Positions 1 through 10,760 of a stretch of DNA of 24,272 nucleotides are shown here, piece after piece. Position numbers and translations under genes: made by a program. A model generated the notes under the pieces. The model was not told the DNA's origin, did no database searches, and saw nothing but the letters and a program-made list of their open reading frames with translations. How positions within the stretch are numbered: position 1 is the first letter of the stretch; every line of letters begins with the position of its first letter. The stretch spans positions 1 to 24,272 of the forward strand of contig NW_021836444.1 in NCBI RefSeq assembly GCF_006345805.1, read 5' to 3'. The DNA comes from Octopus sinensis (taxonomy: Eukaryota).

Positions 1-119
1 CTCAACAGTATAATCTTGTCATGGCTGATTCTGGTTTGGATTCCCCGGGGGATTTTATACTAACAATATCTTGATATCTGCTCTCCTAGAGACCCATCTA
101 AGTCTCGTTATAAAAGAAT

Positions 120-194
120 GATCATTGTTTATTATTATATTATTATTATCATCATCATCATCATCATCATCATCATTATTATTATTATTATAAA

Positions 195-235
<41 letters not shown>

Positions 236-310
236 TATTATTATTATTATATTGTTATTATTATTATTATTATTATTATCATTATTGTAATTATAATAAT
301 AATAATAATA
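120..310. repeat. Compound (ATT/ATC/AAT)n microsatellite; probably also the (AAT)n tail of the adjacent minus-strand element D
   Basis: Direct trinucleotide runs; explains ORF 118..345. Confidence 0.97.
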
Positions 311-314
311 TAAT

Positions 315-915
315 TGAATTAGAGGCGATTCATGTCATCAAGTGACACTGGGTACAAAAATTTAAGCTCATATATCTATTTCTTTATCGCCCACAAGGGG
401 CTAAACACAGAGGGGACAACAAGGACAGACAAAGGGATTAAGTCGATTGCATCGACCCCAGTGCGTACATGTACTTAATTATCGACGACCCCGAAAGTAT
501 AAAGGCAAAGTCGACCTCGGCGGAATTTGAAATCAGAACGTAACGGCAGACGAAATACCACCGCTAAGCACTTCACACCCGGAGTGCTAAAGTTTCTGCC
601 AGCTCGCCGCCTTATCTAACATGACTACTCGTCTGATAAGTGTACACTTCCGCCCCTCACCAAGCCCCGCACTCAACTCTACACCCCGTCCTTCCTCCTA
701 TGTATGCAACATAGTAACCTTATATGAAAATAAACAGCGTATGACATTGCAGGTAGGACCCAGTTAGAATTTTCTTCAGGTTGAATAGCCCATCCCGTTC
801 AAAAGGTCCCTGAATGAGATTTGTTTAAGGACGATGAATGAAACACCCATGTCCTCAGAGATGAATTATTCCAACCCCCAAAGAACTCTTCTCAACACAC
901 GGTTATGATGATCCC
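315..915 (-). mobile_element. Family D non-LTR retroelement 3' segment, interrupted by a family B SINE (379-612) and a 56-bp LINE-derived patch (644-699)
   Basis: Start (CATGTCATCAAGTGACACTG) matches 1227-1249; both copies abut an (ATT)n run, i.e. an (AAT)n tail on the minus strand. Extent judged from recalled octopus repeat consensus. Confidence 0.7.
379..612 (-). mobile_element. SINE family B, near full length
   Basis: Minus strand has GGCGGCGAGCTGGCAGAA head, degenerate B-box (GATTTCAAATTCC) and a central GTCGACTTTGCCTTT...GGGGTCG block. Near-identical to 5125-5339. Candidate 6-bp TSD TATCTA at 373-378 and 613-618. Confidence 0.9.
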
Positions 916-975
916 TCGTTATCCTTATTTTCTCTCCATCACAGGTTTTGTAAGAGCGCCTGAAGTCTTGTATGC

Positions 976-978
<3 letters not shown>

Positions 979-1007
<29 letters not shown>

Positions 1008-1149
1008 GTTGTTGTTTTTGTTGTTATTTTCTTAATACTCACAAAAGATTAGACTGTTGGAAAAGGAAAAATCCTAACATCGGGCTACAACCAGTAACCT
1101 TAGATGCCAAGAACCCTCCTCAGTATCCTAGCCGTTCCTTTTTTCTAGA

Positions 1150-1211
<62 letters not shown>

Positions 1212-1287
1212 GAGTGAGAGAGCAGTTCATGCCATCAAAGTGACACTGAGGCAAAATATACGAAGCCCTATTATTGTATTATTATTA

Positions 1288-1328
<41 letters not shown>

Positions 1329-1360
1329 TATTATTATTATTATTATTATCATTATCATCA

Positions 1361-1437
<77 letters not shown>

Positions 1438-1440
1438 TAT
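979..1440. repeat. (TAT)n microsatellite cluster (979-1030, 1152-1211, 1273-1440)
   Basis: Direct; explains poly-Y/I/L ORFs at 905-1615. Confidence 0.95.
1212..1272 (-). mobile_element. 5'-truncated family D 3' end inside (TAT)n
   Basis: Homologous to 315-370. Confidence 0.7.
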
Positions 1441-1449
1441 ATATCGCAA

Positions 1450-2200
1450 GACATTTCAAATAAAAGATGCCACTGAGCTAACCAGTCTCTTTGTTCAAGA
1501 CACCCAGATATGTTCATTTACTCTGGTGCAGAATATGTACCAAATTTTCTGTGACTCACTACGAACGCCAGAACTAGAATCTCTGACTTTTCTTGGTAGT
1601 GTCACACATCGATAACAAAGCACAGACTGTCGTTCTAAATCACTTAGTTCTCCTTTCTGGACCAAGAAAGATACCACGTGACCTTTTACTAGATACAAGT
1701 GCTCTCAGCCTCAGACTACACTCACTGCCAGAAACTTCATTTAGCCCTAGTTTATTATTGTTACTCTACAAAGCTCAGGTGAGGTTTACAATAGCGTATT
1801 GCTCCCACATCTGGGGGCGAGCCTGCGATTGTACACACACACACGAGTCATCCAGAAAAAGAGTTACTCAACTAATTGGCATAGAGTCACTCACAGACAC
1901 GCTTCAGTCTCTAACCTTCAGATGTACTTACCGTCTCTTCTCTCCCAGTCTTTTTTTACTGCTGTAATAATGGGTTCTGCTCGTCGGAGTTGGCCGGTTT
2001 CGTTTCTCCCCCACTCAGACATTCCGAATTCACTCCTCTTTCCTCCTCCTCCACCCATCACACTTCCGCCCCTCACCCAAGCCCCGCACTCAACACTACA
2101 CCCCGCCCGTCCTTCCTCCTCATAACATCGTCCCACTGGAATCTCCTCTCTGCACATGCTTTTCTCGCAGTACCGGAACACACCGCCAGGAATTTTATCC
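1450..2200 (+). pseudogene. Decayed CR1/Jockey-group LINE ORF2, C-terminal RT/thumb region
   Basis: Frameshifted pieces ESLTFLG, LLLYKAQVRFTIAYCSHIWG, RKRVTQLIG, and PRTQHYT...SFLLITSSHWNLLSAH match the known LYKAQVRPxxEYCSHIW and SFFPRTxxLWNxLP motifs of this LINE group. Confidence 0.85.
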
Positions 2201-2243
2201 GATGCTCTAGCGATTCTGCTAGGTTTACATAAAATATTCCGCA

Positions 2244-2330
2244 ATAACAACAACATCATCATCATCATCATCAACAACAACAACAACAACAACAACAATG
2301 ACAACAGCAACAATAAGAGAACCAGCAGCA
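2244..2330. repeat. (CAA/CAT/CAG)n microsatellite
   Basis: Direct. Confidence 0.95.
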
Positions 2331-2869
2331 GCAATCCTGCGGATCCTGGTAATGTATCAATAAATTAATGTTTTGTTTCGTCAGTTTCGATGTGGGGCGT
2401 AAGTGTCTATGGATGTGGATCTTTGTCAATTTATTTTTATTGTATGTAATAACCTGATAGGTTAGAGTGATTAAATTTAAGTAGCGATCTGTTAGTTTGA
2501 ACTCGGCATCGACAACTTGCCAGCCAGCCTGAAGACCGACCGACCTCTAAACACCGAAGTCGAATTTATTCGGTCGAAAATTAAATTCGATTCGATTCAC
2601 TTCACTTCACCGAGCGTTTCTAATGGTTCAGGTTAAATAATTAAATGAAACCTTGCATAAATTATAATAATTAACACCATTAAGATATCCATTTTCGCCA
2701 TTAACTCATTCATTCTAAAATTCATTCATTTCACCTCTATAGAAATTATTCAAAACTTCACAACATAACAACCTTGCTTTGTATTAGTTGCATTTAATAA
2801 TATTTTTTTAAAATTTCAATTTTTTCTTTTTATCTTTTTTTGTTTTTCCTTTTCTTTATTTAAATCTCA

Positions 2870-2940
2870 ACAAACCAATGACACGTGATTGTCAATAAAA
2901 TTCACATTTGTTCAAGAGAGAACGACGCCATTTTTATCGG
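2870..2940. promoter_or_regulatory. Possible promoter motif cluster (CCAAT, E-box, YY1-like)
   Basis: CCAAT 2875-2879, CACGTG 2882-2887 and CGCCATTTT 2926-2934, inside the longest repeat-poor stretch and near a CpG-dense patch (about 2480-2620). Motifs only. Confidence 0.25.
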
Positions 2941-3454
2941 AATTACTTGGGAAATTATATCAAATTCCTGTTATATTTCCATAGTCGTATTTCCTAAAGT
3001 GAAATGGCATCGCTTAACGTGATAAAGCTGTTCCCGATTTCCGTTATTTGGTTCCTGATTCCTCACCAGAAACGAAATTTCTCCAGTTGCTGATTTCACT
3101 GGAATAAATGTGGTCATTCCAAAGATGTCGGGAGCAGAAGAATTTATGATGATTCTGGGGGGAAATCTTCAAATGAAAGCATATGGTCATTGGAAAGAAA
3201 TGGGGAGTCAGAAACTAAAGGATTTCTTATTCTAAAGAAATCTGTAAAACACAAAGAGCTAAGTGGTTAGATAGATTTTGAGTTCGACACGACAATACAC
3301 TTTTCCTTAACTATTTAAGACCTTGTTCAACTAGATACCTTAAATACAAGTTAGAATCTTCTGGAAATTTTACCTACAATAAATCTGGCGTTCAAGCCAA
3401 ATTTATCTCACGTCTTCTTGACAATCTACTAATAGTAAACTGAGACCGTAGCGC

Positions 3455-3518
3455 CTCAGGTGGCAAAAATGAGTACTACATACTATTCCAAGGACCAGCC
3501 TTGTCACAATGTGTGTCA
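3455..3518 (+). mobile_element. SINE family C internal fragment
   Basis: CTCAGGTGGCAAAAATGAGTAC...CAAGGACCAGCCTTGTCACA matches 5747-5797 and 16058-16110. Confidence 0.75.
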
Positions 3519-3792
3519 TTCGCGGTGTCGGGAGATTAAGGAACTATAGAATGGTGGTCATTCTAAGGAAATAATTAAAGAAATTGGTCGAGAGTACTTT
3601 ACATTATACTAAATTACTAAATCAGTGAATGGTTTAACTGCAAACGTTTAGTGTTCTCTCCAGATATCATGAATCTGGCATGTACGAGATAGGATATACT
3701 TCGCTGTGGAGGCCTGTTAAGATCGAAACATGTACTGCGGTGCGACAATAATTTTTCCACCCCAGTTACAGTTTTGTTTCTTTATAAATGAC

Positions 3793-3946
3793 GTAGCTGT
3801 GTCGTAAGAAGCTTGCTTCCCAACCACATGGTTCTGAGTTTAGTCCCAATGTGTGACACCTTGAGCAAGTGTCTTCTACTATAGCCTCATACTGACCAAT
3901 GACTTGTGAGTGGATTTAGTAGACGGAAACTGAAAGAAGCCCGTCG

Positions 3947-4008
<62 letters not shown>

Positions 4009-4200
4009 TGTGTGTCTGTGCTTCTCCCCACCATCGCTTAACAACCGATGATGCAATACATACACACATATCTATCTATCTATCTATTTATCTATATATA
4101 TATTATATATATATAATATATATATTATATATATATATATATATATAATGGCGGTGCCCCAGCATGGCCACAGCTCATTAAGCTGAAACTAGAATCAATC
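3793..4200 (+). mobile_element. SINE family A with expanded internal microsatellites and a partly deleted 3' half
   Basis: 5' half 3793-3946 ends GACGGAAACTGAAAGAAGCCCGTCG; then (TA)n(TG)n; then the start of the 3' half (4010-4050); terminal piece GGCGGTGCCCCAGCATGGCC at 4150-4200. Compare intact copy 21078-21474. Confidence 0.85.
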
Positions 4201-4232
4201 AATCAATCAATCATATATATACATATATATAC

Positions 4233-4263
<31 letters not shown>

Positions 4264-4425
4264 ATATATATATCTATATATATATATATATATATATATA
4301 TTCTACTACATGCATACAAATATATATATATATGTATGTATATATGTATGTACGTTTGTATGTATGTATGTAAGTATGTATACATGTATGTATGTAGATA
4401 TGCATATATACATATATGTATGTGT
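4201..4425. repeat. (ATCA)/(TA)/(ATGT) microsatellites
   Basis: Direct. Confidence 0.95.
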
Positions 4426-4734
4426 TCGTATGAGGAAGCCATAAATAATTTTGAGGCGCCAATACTGACAGACAGTTCCAACAGAACACAATCAAAAACA
4501 TCGTCTTTGGAAAGACTCACTACATCAGTATAAATCCTTATCAAGCTACCCTACTCTCGGCTGTCAACATACATTTAGTTCCAAACTCAAAACCCTGCTC
4601 TTTCTTCCGCTTTCTCCCTCATTATTATAGCTGCCCTCCTTGACAATTTCATTATCTCTGCTCTAATAAATAATTGTTTATGATTTAGTTATGAGTCTAA
4701 CAATTGTGATGGGAGGACGTTAGTCGTGTCAGTC

Positions 4735-4902
4735 CATACTTTCGACCCCAGTATTTGCTTCCTACTTGATTCTATTGACTCCGAAAGGAGGAAAGCAAAG
4801 TTGAACTCGGCGGAATTTGAACTCAAAGATTGTAAAGGGCTGGGAGAAATACAGCAAAGCACTGTGTCCAGCGCTCTAACCATTCTGCTGTCACCACGCC
4901 TT
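4735..4902 (-). mobile_element. Diverged family B-like SINE
   Basis: GGCGGAATTTGAACTC (B-box complement), AAAGTTGAACTCGG and GCTCTAACCATTCTGC are shared with other family B copies. Confidence 0.8.
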
Positions 4903-4949
4903 TATTTTCTAATAAATAGGAATCAAACTCTAATAAATATTGGGCTCTG

Positions 4950-5550
4950 ATTTAGGCACAAGGCTAAAAGTATTGAGGGGAAGGGGCTAGTTGATAACAT
5001 CGACCCTGGTTCTTGACTGAAGCAATATTTTATCGATGCCTGCGTCTATCGTTACGTTCTGAGTTCAAATTCCGCCGAGGTCGACTTTGCCTTTCATCCT
5101 TTCGCGGTCGATTAAATAAGTACCTATTTCTTTATTACCCACAAGGGGCTAAACACAGAGGGGACAAACAAGGACAGACATAGGTATTAAGTCGATTATA
5201 TCGACCCAGTGCGTAACTGGTACTTAATTTATCGACAAAGTCGACCTCGGCGGAATTTGAACTCAGAACGTAACGGCAGACGAAATACCGTTTAGCATTT
5301 CGCCCGGCGTGCTAACGATTCTGCCAGCTCGCCGCCTTATCGATTAAATAAGTACCATTTACGCACTGGAGTCGGTGTAGTCGACTTAATCCCTTTGTCT
5401 GTCCTTGTTTGTCCCATCCATGTTTAGCCCCCTGTGGGCAATAAAGAAATATATATTTTTTCTTCGATGCCGGCCCTCAGTGGGATATGAACTCAGAATG
5501 TAAAGAGCCGCAATAAATTTCAAAAGGCTTTATACCCGACGCTCTAACGA
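4950..5550. mobile_element. Three nested family B-type SINEs: outer minus (4950-5040 + about 5455-5550), middle plus (5041-5124 + 5340-5452), inner minus (5125-5339)
   Basis: Inner copy is flanked by a 17-bp direct repeat TCGATTAAATAAGTACC (5108-5124, 5340-5356). The middle halves rejoin into a continuous family B sequence. TCGATGCC lies on both sides of the middle copy. Confidence 0.85.
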
Positions 5551-5650
5551 GAATTCAAACTGGAATGGGGTTCCTCTTTCTTTGAATCAAGACAGATCCA
5601 AGGTTGCGTTAGAACATGTGAGTTAGAACTATTTACTACACGAAGTGAAA

Positions 5651-5932
5651 GGCACGTGGCTTAGTGGTAAGGGTATTTGTGAGTTCGATACCTGGTGGAG
5701 TGTTGTGTCCTTGAGCAAGACACTTTATTTCACATTACTCCAGACCACTCAGGTAGCCAAAAATGAGTACTCCCTGCTATTCCAAGGACCACCAGCCTGA
5801 ATCTTCCCGAGAGCTATATTATGGGTACTCGTGCCTGTGGAATACTCAACCACTTGCACGTTAATTTCCCGAGCAGGTTGTTTCGTTGATCAGAATAAAT
5901 AGGAATCCTCGTCGTTGTAACCGACGGAGTGC

Positions 5933-5934
<2 letters not shown>
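5651..5934 (+). mobile_element. SINE family C, near full length
   Basis: tRNA-like head with A-box TGGCTTAGTGG and B-box GAGTTCGATACC (internal deletion), CORE-like GTGTCCTTGAGCAAGACAC, 3' end GTAACCGACGGAGTGCCA. Confidence 0.85.
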
Positions 5935-5993
<59 letters not shown>

Positions 5994-6293
5994 GTGTGTG
6001 TGCGTGTGTGTGTGTAAGAGAGAGAGAGAGAGAGAGAGATTATTTCTATGCATAAGTGTGTATGTCGTATGCACGTATGTTATTGTGCATGCATATACTT
6101 ATTCTAGGAAAGTCCAATAGAGAGTCTTTATTTTGTCTTATAAATCTTTATTTTTGAAGGAAGAGTCTCTGTTTGCTTTGATGTTCTATCTATAAAAATG
6201 TTGCATGTGTGTGTGCATGTATGTAGTAAGTGTGTGTGTGTATATATATATATATACAGAGAGAGAGAGAGAAATTAAATATATACATATAAT

Positions 6294-6324
<31 letters not shown>

Positions 6325-6327
6325 ATA

Positions 6328-6370
<43 letters not shown>

Positions 6371-6437
6371 ACAATTTAATAAATAAAACATATATATGCA
6401 TATATACATACATATGTATATATACACATGCATATAT
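5935..6437. repeat. (TG)n(AG)n and (TA)n/(TG)n microsatellite clusters with short unique spacers
   Basis: Direct. Confidence 0.9.
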
Positions 6438-6596
6438 GAGTGCAGGACACCACAAATAAACGTAGAACACAACGAGAAACGAAAACAAAATCAAACAAGG
6501 AAACGGACTTTTTTTAACAAAGAAAAAACAGAGTACAGGACAATGCAAGGAAAATTCCCTTTCATCAGCTGCCCCTGTTTCGACTCAATGCATGTT
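6428..6596 (-). mobile_element. Small non-autonomous element with a degenerate hammerhead relic (6535-6572)
   Basis: Lies between TA and CA tracts. Minus strand reads gcag-CTGATGA-aagg..cctt-GCA-TTGT-C-ctgt. Its terminus is homologous to 15371-15416 in inverted orientation. Confidence 0.5.
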
Positions 6597-6610
6597 TACA
6601 CACACACACA

Positions 6611-6641
<31 letters not shown>

Positions 6642-6645
6642 CCAC

Positions 6646-6810
6646 AAGAGAAAGATCCCTTCGTTTTGGGATCACCACTACTAAATTGTCACCCCTTTCT
6701 TCCTAGCTCTCCTATGTGACCCATCTATCCGGCATTCGCCATGTTAGATCGCTAGCCACTACACATTCTTTATTTTCTCTCCTTGTTTCTTTCTGTGTTC
6801 CTTTCTGTGT
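6646..6810 (+). mobile_element. 5' part of an element related to 17119-17310, cut off at the HHR core
   Basis: TTTTCTCTCCTTGTTTCT...CTTTCTGT matches about 17136-17184. Confidence 0.55.
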
Positions 6811-6818
6811 TCATAACT

Positions 6819-6848
6819 ATTTCGGGAACCTTTTGATACCACCTCGTA
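6819..6848. mobile_element. Solo mariner/Tc1-like terminal inverted repeat remnant
   Basis: Reverse complement TACGAGGTGGTATCAAAAGGTTCCCGAAAT resembles TA-CGAGGGG...TCAAAAAGTTCC mariner ends. No partner TIR seen. Confidence 0.45.
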
Positions 6849-7057
6849 GTATCCTGAATATATTCTCTCGCAGTAGGCAACGATGTAACTAATGTCTTCA
6901 TTTTTTGATTGCACAGAACTTGCCTCTGTTTTCTGCTAATATTTTCTGTCTTTTGGGCAGAAGGTATATGGTGGATATCTCTTGCTCCTTGATTGTCCGT
7001 GTTATGGAGTTCTAGGAGTAGGGTGGAATATAAACATCCTTATATCTAGTCTAATAT

Positions 7058-7320
7058 GCTTATGTATGTATGAATGTATGTATGTATGTATGTATGTATG
7101 TATGTATGTATGTATGTATGTGTATGTATGTATGTGTGTGTATGTGTGTATGTGCGTTTGTGTGAGTGTGTGCGTGCGCTTTGGGTGTCTGGGTTTGTGC
7201 GAGGGTGTGTATTTATGCCTGCATGTACGCTTATTCGTACGTATAAAGGTGTGTATAAATATATGGACGTACACATTCATGCATTTATATATGTATACGT
7301 GTATACATGTATGCATACAT
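7058..7320. repeat. (TATG)n/(TG)n microsatellite
   Basis: Direct. Confidence 0.9.
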
Positions 7321-7354
7321 GTGTCGGATCATTCTCAGTGTTACTGGAAACAGG

Positions 7355-7530
7355 TACTCGTAACCCAGTACAACTTGTCACATAGTCGGGTCGCCAGAGA
7401 CTAATCTGGCAACCCTACCAAGCCTGCTTGGTGATATGGGTGCTAGGTAACCTACAGGACGAAAATCAAAACCTGTCAACTCAGTGGAGTTAACAGCCTT
7501 ACGACTGCTGGGAGTGAGCTTATCCCTAGG
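7355..7530 (+). mobile_element. Interspersed repeat homologous to 19296-19560, possibly the 5' UTR of a LINE (clade unverified)
   Basis: GTAACCCAGTACAACTTGTCACATAGTCGG...TTGGTGA aligns with GTAATCCAGTACAACCCGTTACATGGTCGG...CTGGTGA; the downstream GGGAGTG...CCCTAG is also shared. Confidence 0.65.
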
Positions 7531-7989
7531 CTTTGTTTAAACATTTCTCTTGGAGAAAAAGATCTGATGTAACATTTACGACTTCGTTTGCATCCAGTAA
7601 TGGACAAGAATTCTTTTGGGACAAATGAATACGTTGTTTAGAGATAAGGTTGGCCTCGTGTAAGGCCTCTCATCATTTCAAAAAGCTTCAGGCATATGCA
7701 TCGCTTGATTTTTTAAATATTTCTATTACATATTGCTTACAATGGCTGGCCGTAACTGAGAGAGGCAAAACATTCAATTAGAATAACATGAAAATAACAT
7801 GATGGAATGAAGGTTGGTGTCGGCGCGGGGTGTAGGCTCTCTGAACACCTGTTGCAAGAGGTGCCCATCGTTAGTACGTCTGTGTAAACGATTGTAGAAC
7901 CCAAGCATGATGAAAAACTGCATCTGTGCTGATTTAAGAGAACAATCAAGAGGTGACTTGGCTCCCAAAAAAGACACTGTCGTCATACA

Positions 7990-7995
7990 TGTAGA

Positions 7996-8089
<94 letters not shown>

Positions 8090-8535
8090 GTGTATGCATG
8101 CATACATGTGAATCTGTATGCGTGCGGGCTTGTGTGGGCACATGTAAATATAAGTGTGTTCATAATGTGTATGAGTATGTATGCATGTACATATGCGGGA
8201 ATATATGTTTGTTTGTATGTATGTATGAATGTATGCATGCATTTATGCGTGCATGCTTGTAGTTTGTTGCCGAAAGGTTTTCAGAGAAGATTAAATGGGC
8301 TGGAATGAATTCTTCAGATTTCCAAAACTGTTTGAATTAACCGCAAAATAATAACTGGAAGGACACACTTCAGTTTTAAAACTGAATTTGTCAAAGCAAT
8401 TCAATTTATACACATATATGTATGTATATATTTGCAATGCTTCAAAAAACACACATACAGAAGGGTACAAATGCGCGCGCGCGCACGTGTGTTGTGTGTT
8501 GTGTGTGTACATGTGCATGTATGAAATTATATATA

Positions 8536-8571
<36 letters not shown>

Positions 8572-8582
8572 TGTGTATATTA

Positions 8583-8676
<94 letters not shown>

Positions 8677-8697
8677 TATATATATTATGTATGTATG

Positions 8698-8733
<36 letters not shown>

Positions 8734-8838
8734 TATGTACATACATACATATAAGTGTAGGTGTGTATATTTACGGGATCGTCAATATATCTACTACGCT
8801 TCTTTTAATTCCATAGTAGTAGTAGTAGTAGTAGTAGT

Positions 8839-8935
<97 letters not shown>

Positions 8936-9262
8936 TTATTAATTGTTGTTGTTGTCCTTGTGTATTATTTGTTTCATTTATTTTCTTCCTCAACAATTTG
9001 CTAGTTTGGTTTGTTTTTTTTTTGCTTTTGTTTTTTCTTTGTTTTTGTTATTTCAGTCACACACTAATTAATATTTTCCTTTATTCCAGCTTTTCCTTTT
9101 TCCTTTTTCCTTCTATTATTCTTCCAGAAACAATACTAAAATAGAAACATTTCCAAAACTTACACACACACACACACACACACACACGTATTTATGAGTG
9201 AGTATGTATACATATATATATATATGTGTGTGTATATTTATATGTGTGTATGCATATTATGT

Positions 9263-9318
<56 letters not shown>

Positions 9319-9475
9319 ATATATATATATGTATATATATACATATGTGCATATTATATATTTAATGTATATTTACATATATATATATGCATGCATATTA
9401 TATTTATATAGATATATATATGTGTATGTATATATTTATCTGTATAAATGTGTGTGTATAAGTGTATTATGTATG

Positions 9476-9508
<33 letters not shown>

Positions 9509-9563
9509 TATACATACTAATATTTACGTATATATATATATATACATACATACATATGTATAT

Positions 9564-9598
<35 letters not shown>

Positions 9599-9602
9599 CA
9601 TA

Positions 9603-9635
<33 letters not shown>

Positions 9636-9700
9636 ACATATGTATATGTGTGTATGCGTGCATATATGTACATATGAATCTTAAGATGTGTGTATACACA
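7990..9700. repeat. Microsatellite-dominated block: (TA)n, (TATG)n, (CA)n and (GTA)n(GCA)n(GTA)n at 8814-8935
   Basis: Direct; accounts for all the [12 protein letters not shown] ORFs here. Confidence 0.92.
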
Positions 9701-9894
9701 TAAGATACAATGAAGTGGTGGGGAGGCGACAGTGTGGAAGAAATGAAGAATGAAATCTTGCAACTTTGTCCAAATTGATCTTGTTACTTCAATTTCCGTT
9801 GAACTATTTCTGACTTCCGTCACAATCTACGACTGTATGGGGGAGGAGGAACTCATATTACACAACCAGAGTGGTATTGGTGCTAGTGCTGGGT

Positions 9895-10760
9895 TAGGGT
9901 TGATGGTGGAGGTGGTGGTGCTGGTGGTACTGGTGGTGGTGATGGTGGTAGTGACGGTGATGGTGGTGGTGATGGTGGTGGTGATAGTGGTGGTTGCGGC
10001 GGCGGTAGTGGTGGTGGTGGTGGTGGTGGTGGTGGTGGTGGTGGTAGTGGTGGTGGTATTTGTGAAGAGTTCTGGTGTCTGTGATGGTGTGTTGCTGTTG
10101 TGGTAATGTTTGTGGTATTGACAGTGGTAGAGATAAGCTGTGGTGATGGTGCTAGTGTCTCTCGTTGTGTTGGTGGTGGTGCTGGTGATTGTGGTGGTGG
10201 TGGTGGTAGTGTCTCTCGTTCTGTTGGTTGTGGTGGTGGTGGAGGTGGTGGTGGTGGTGATTGTGGTGGTGGTGATTGTGGTGGTGGCGGTGGTGGTGGT
10301 AGTGTCTCTCGTTATGTTGGTTGTGGTGGTGGTGTGGTGGTGGTGGTGGTGATTGTGGTGGTGGTGATTGTGGTGGTGGCGGTGGTGGTGGTAGTGTCTC
10401 TCGTTCTGTTGGTTATGGTGGTGGTGATGGAGGTGGTGGTTGTGGTGGTGGTGGTGGTGGTGATGTTGGTGACGTTGGTTACGACGGAAGCGATGACGGT
10501 GATATCAATAGGACTGGCAGGGGGTGATGATGGTAGCTGTGGTAGTGGTGGTGGTGGTGGTGGTGGTGGTAAGGATGGAAGTGACTGTAGAGGTGTTGTT
10601 AGAAGTGGTGGTTATGGCATACAGATATCTGTGGTGGCGATGGCGGTGTCGGTGTCAGGAAAATGTCTGTAAGTGGTGGTGGTGGTGATGGTGGTGGTGG
10701 TGGTGTTGGTGGTGGTGGTGATGGTGGTGGTGGTGGTGGTAGTGGTGGTAGTTGGTAGTT
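9895..10760. repeat. Degenerate (GGT)n tract with a 4-copy higher-order unit
   Basis: AGTGTCTCTCGTT recurs at 10154, 10208, 10301 and 10393 within GGT runs. Confidence 0.9.

Noticed and set aside
945-969. 25-nt micro-exon candidate (pyrimidine tract-CACAG|...|GTATGC)
   Set aside because: No partner exons or recognisable peptide; such signals arise by chance in T-rich DNA.
3004-3270. 88-codon frame MASLNV...FSSC-TGA-FHW... suggesting selenocysteine readthrough
   Set aside because: No SECIS-like element or selenoprotein similarity is recognisable; one in-frame TGA in a short frame is expected by chance.
9690-9830. Protein-like short frames (IVTEVRNSSTEIEVTRSIWTKLQDF; MKWWGGDSVEEMKNEILQLCPN)
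   Set aside because: The best acceptor gives stops in all phases, there is no convincing donor, and no family is recognised.
10150-10420. Four spaced copies of a 13-30 bp motif, superficially CRISPR-like
   Set aside because: The spacers are GGT runs related to each other, spacing is irregular, there are no cas genes, and the context is eukaryotic.
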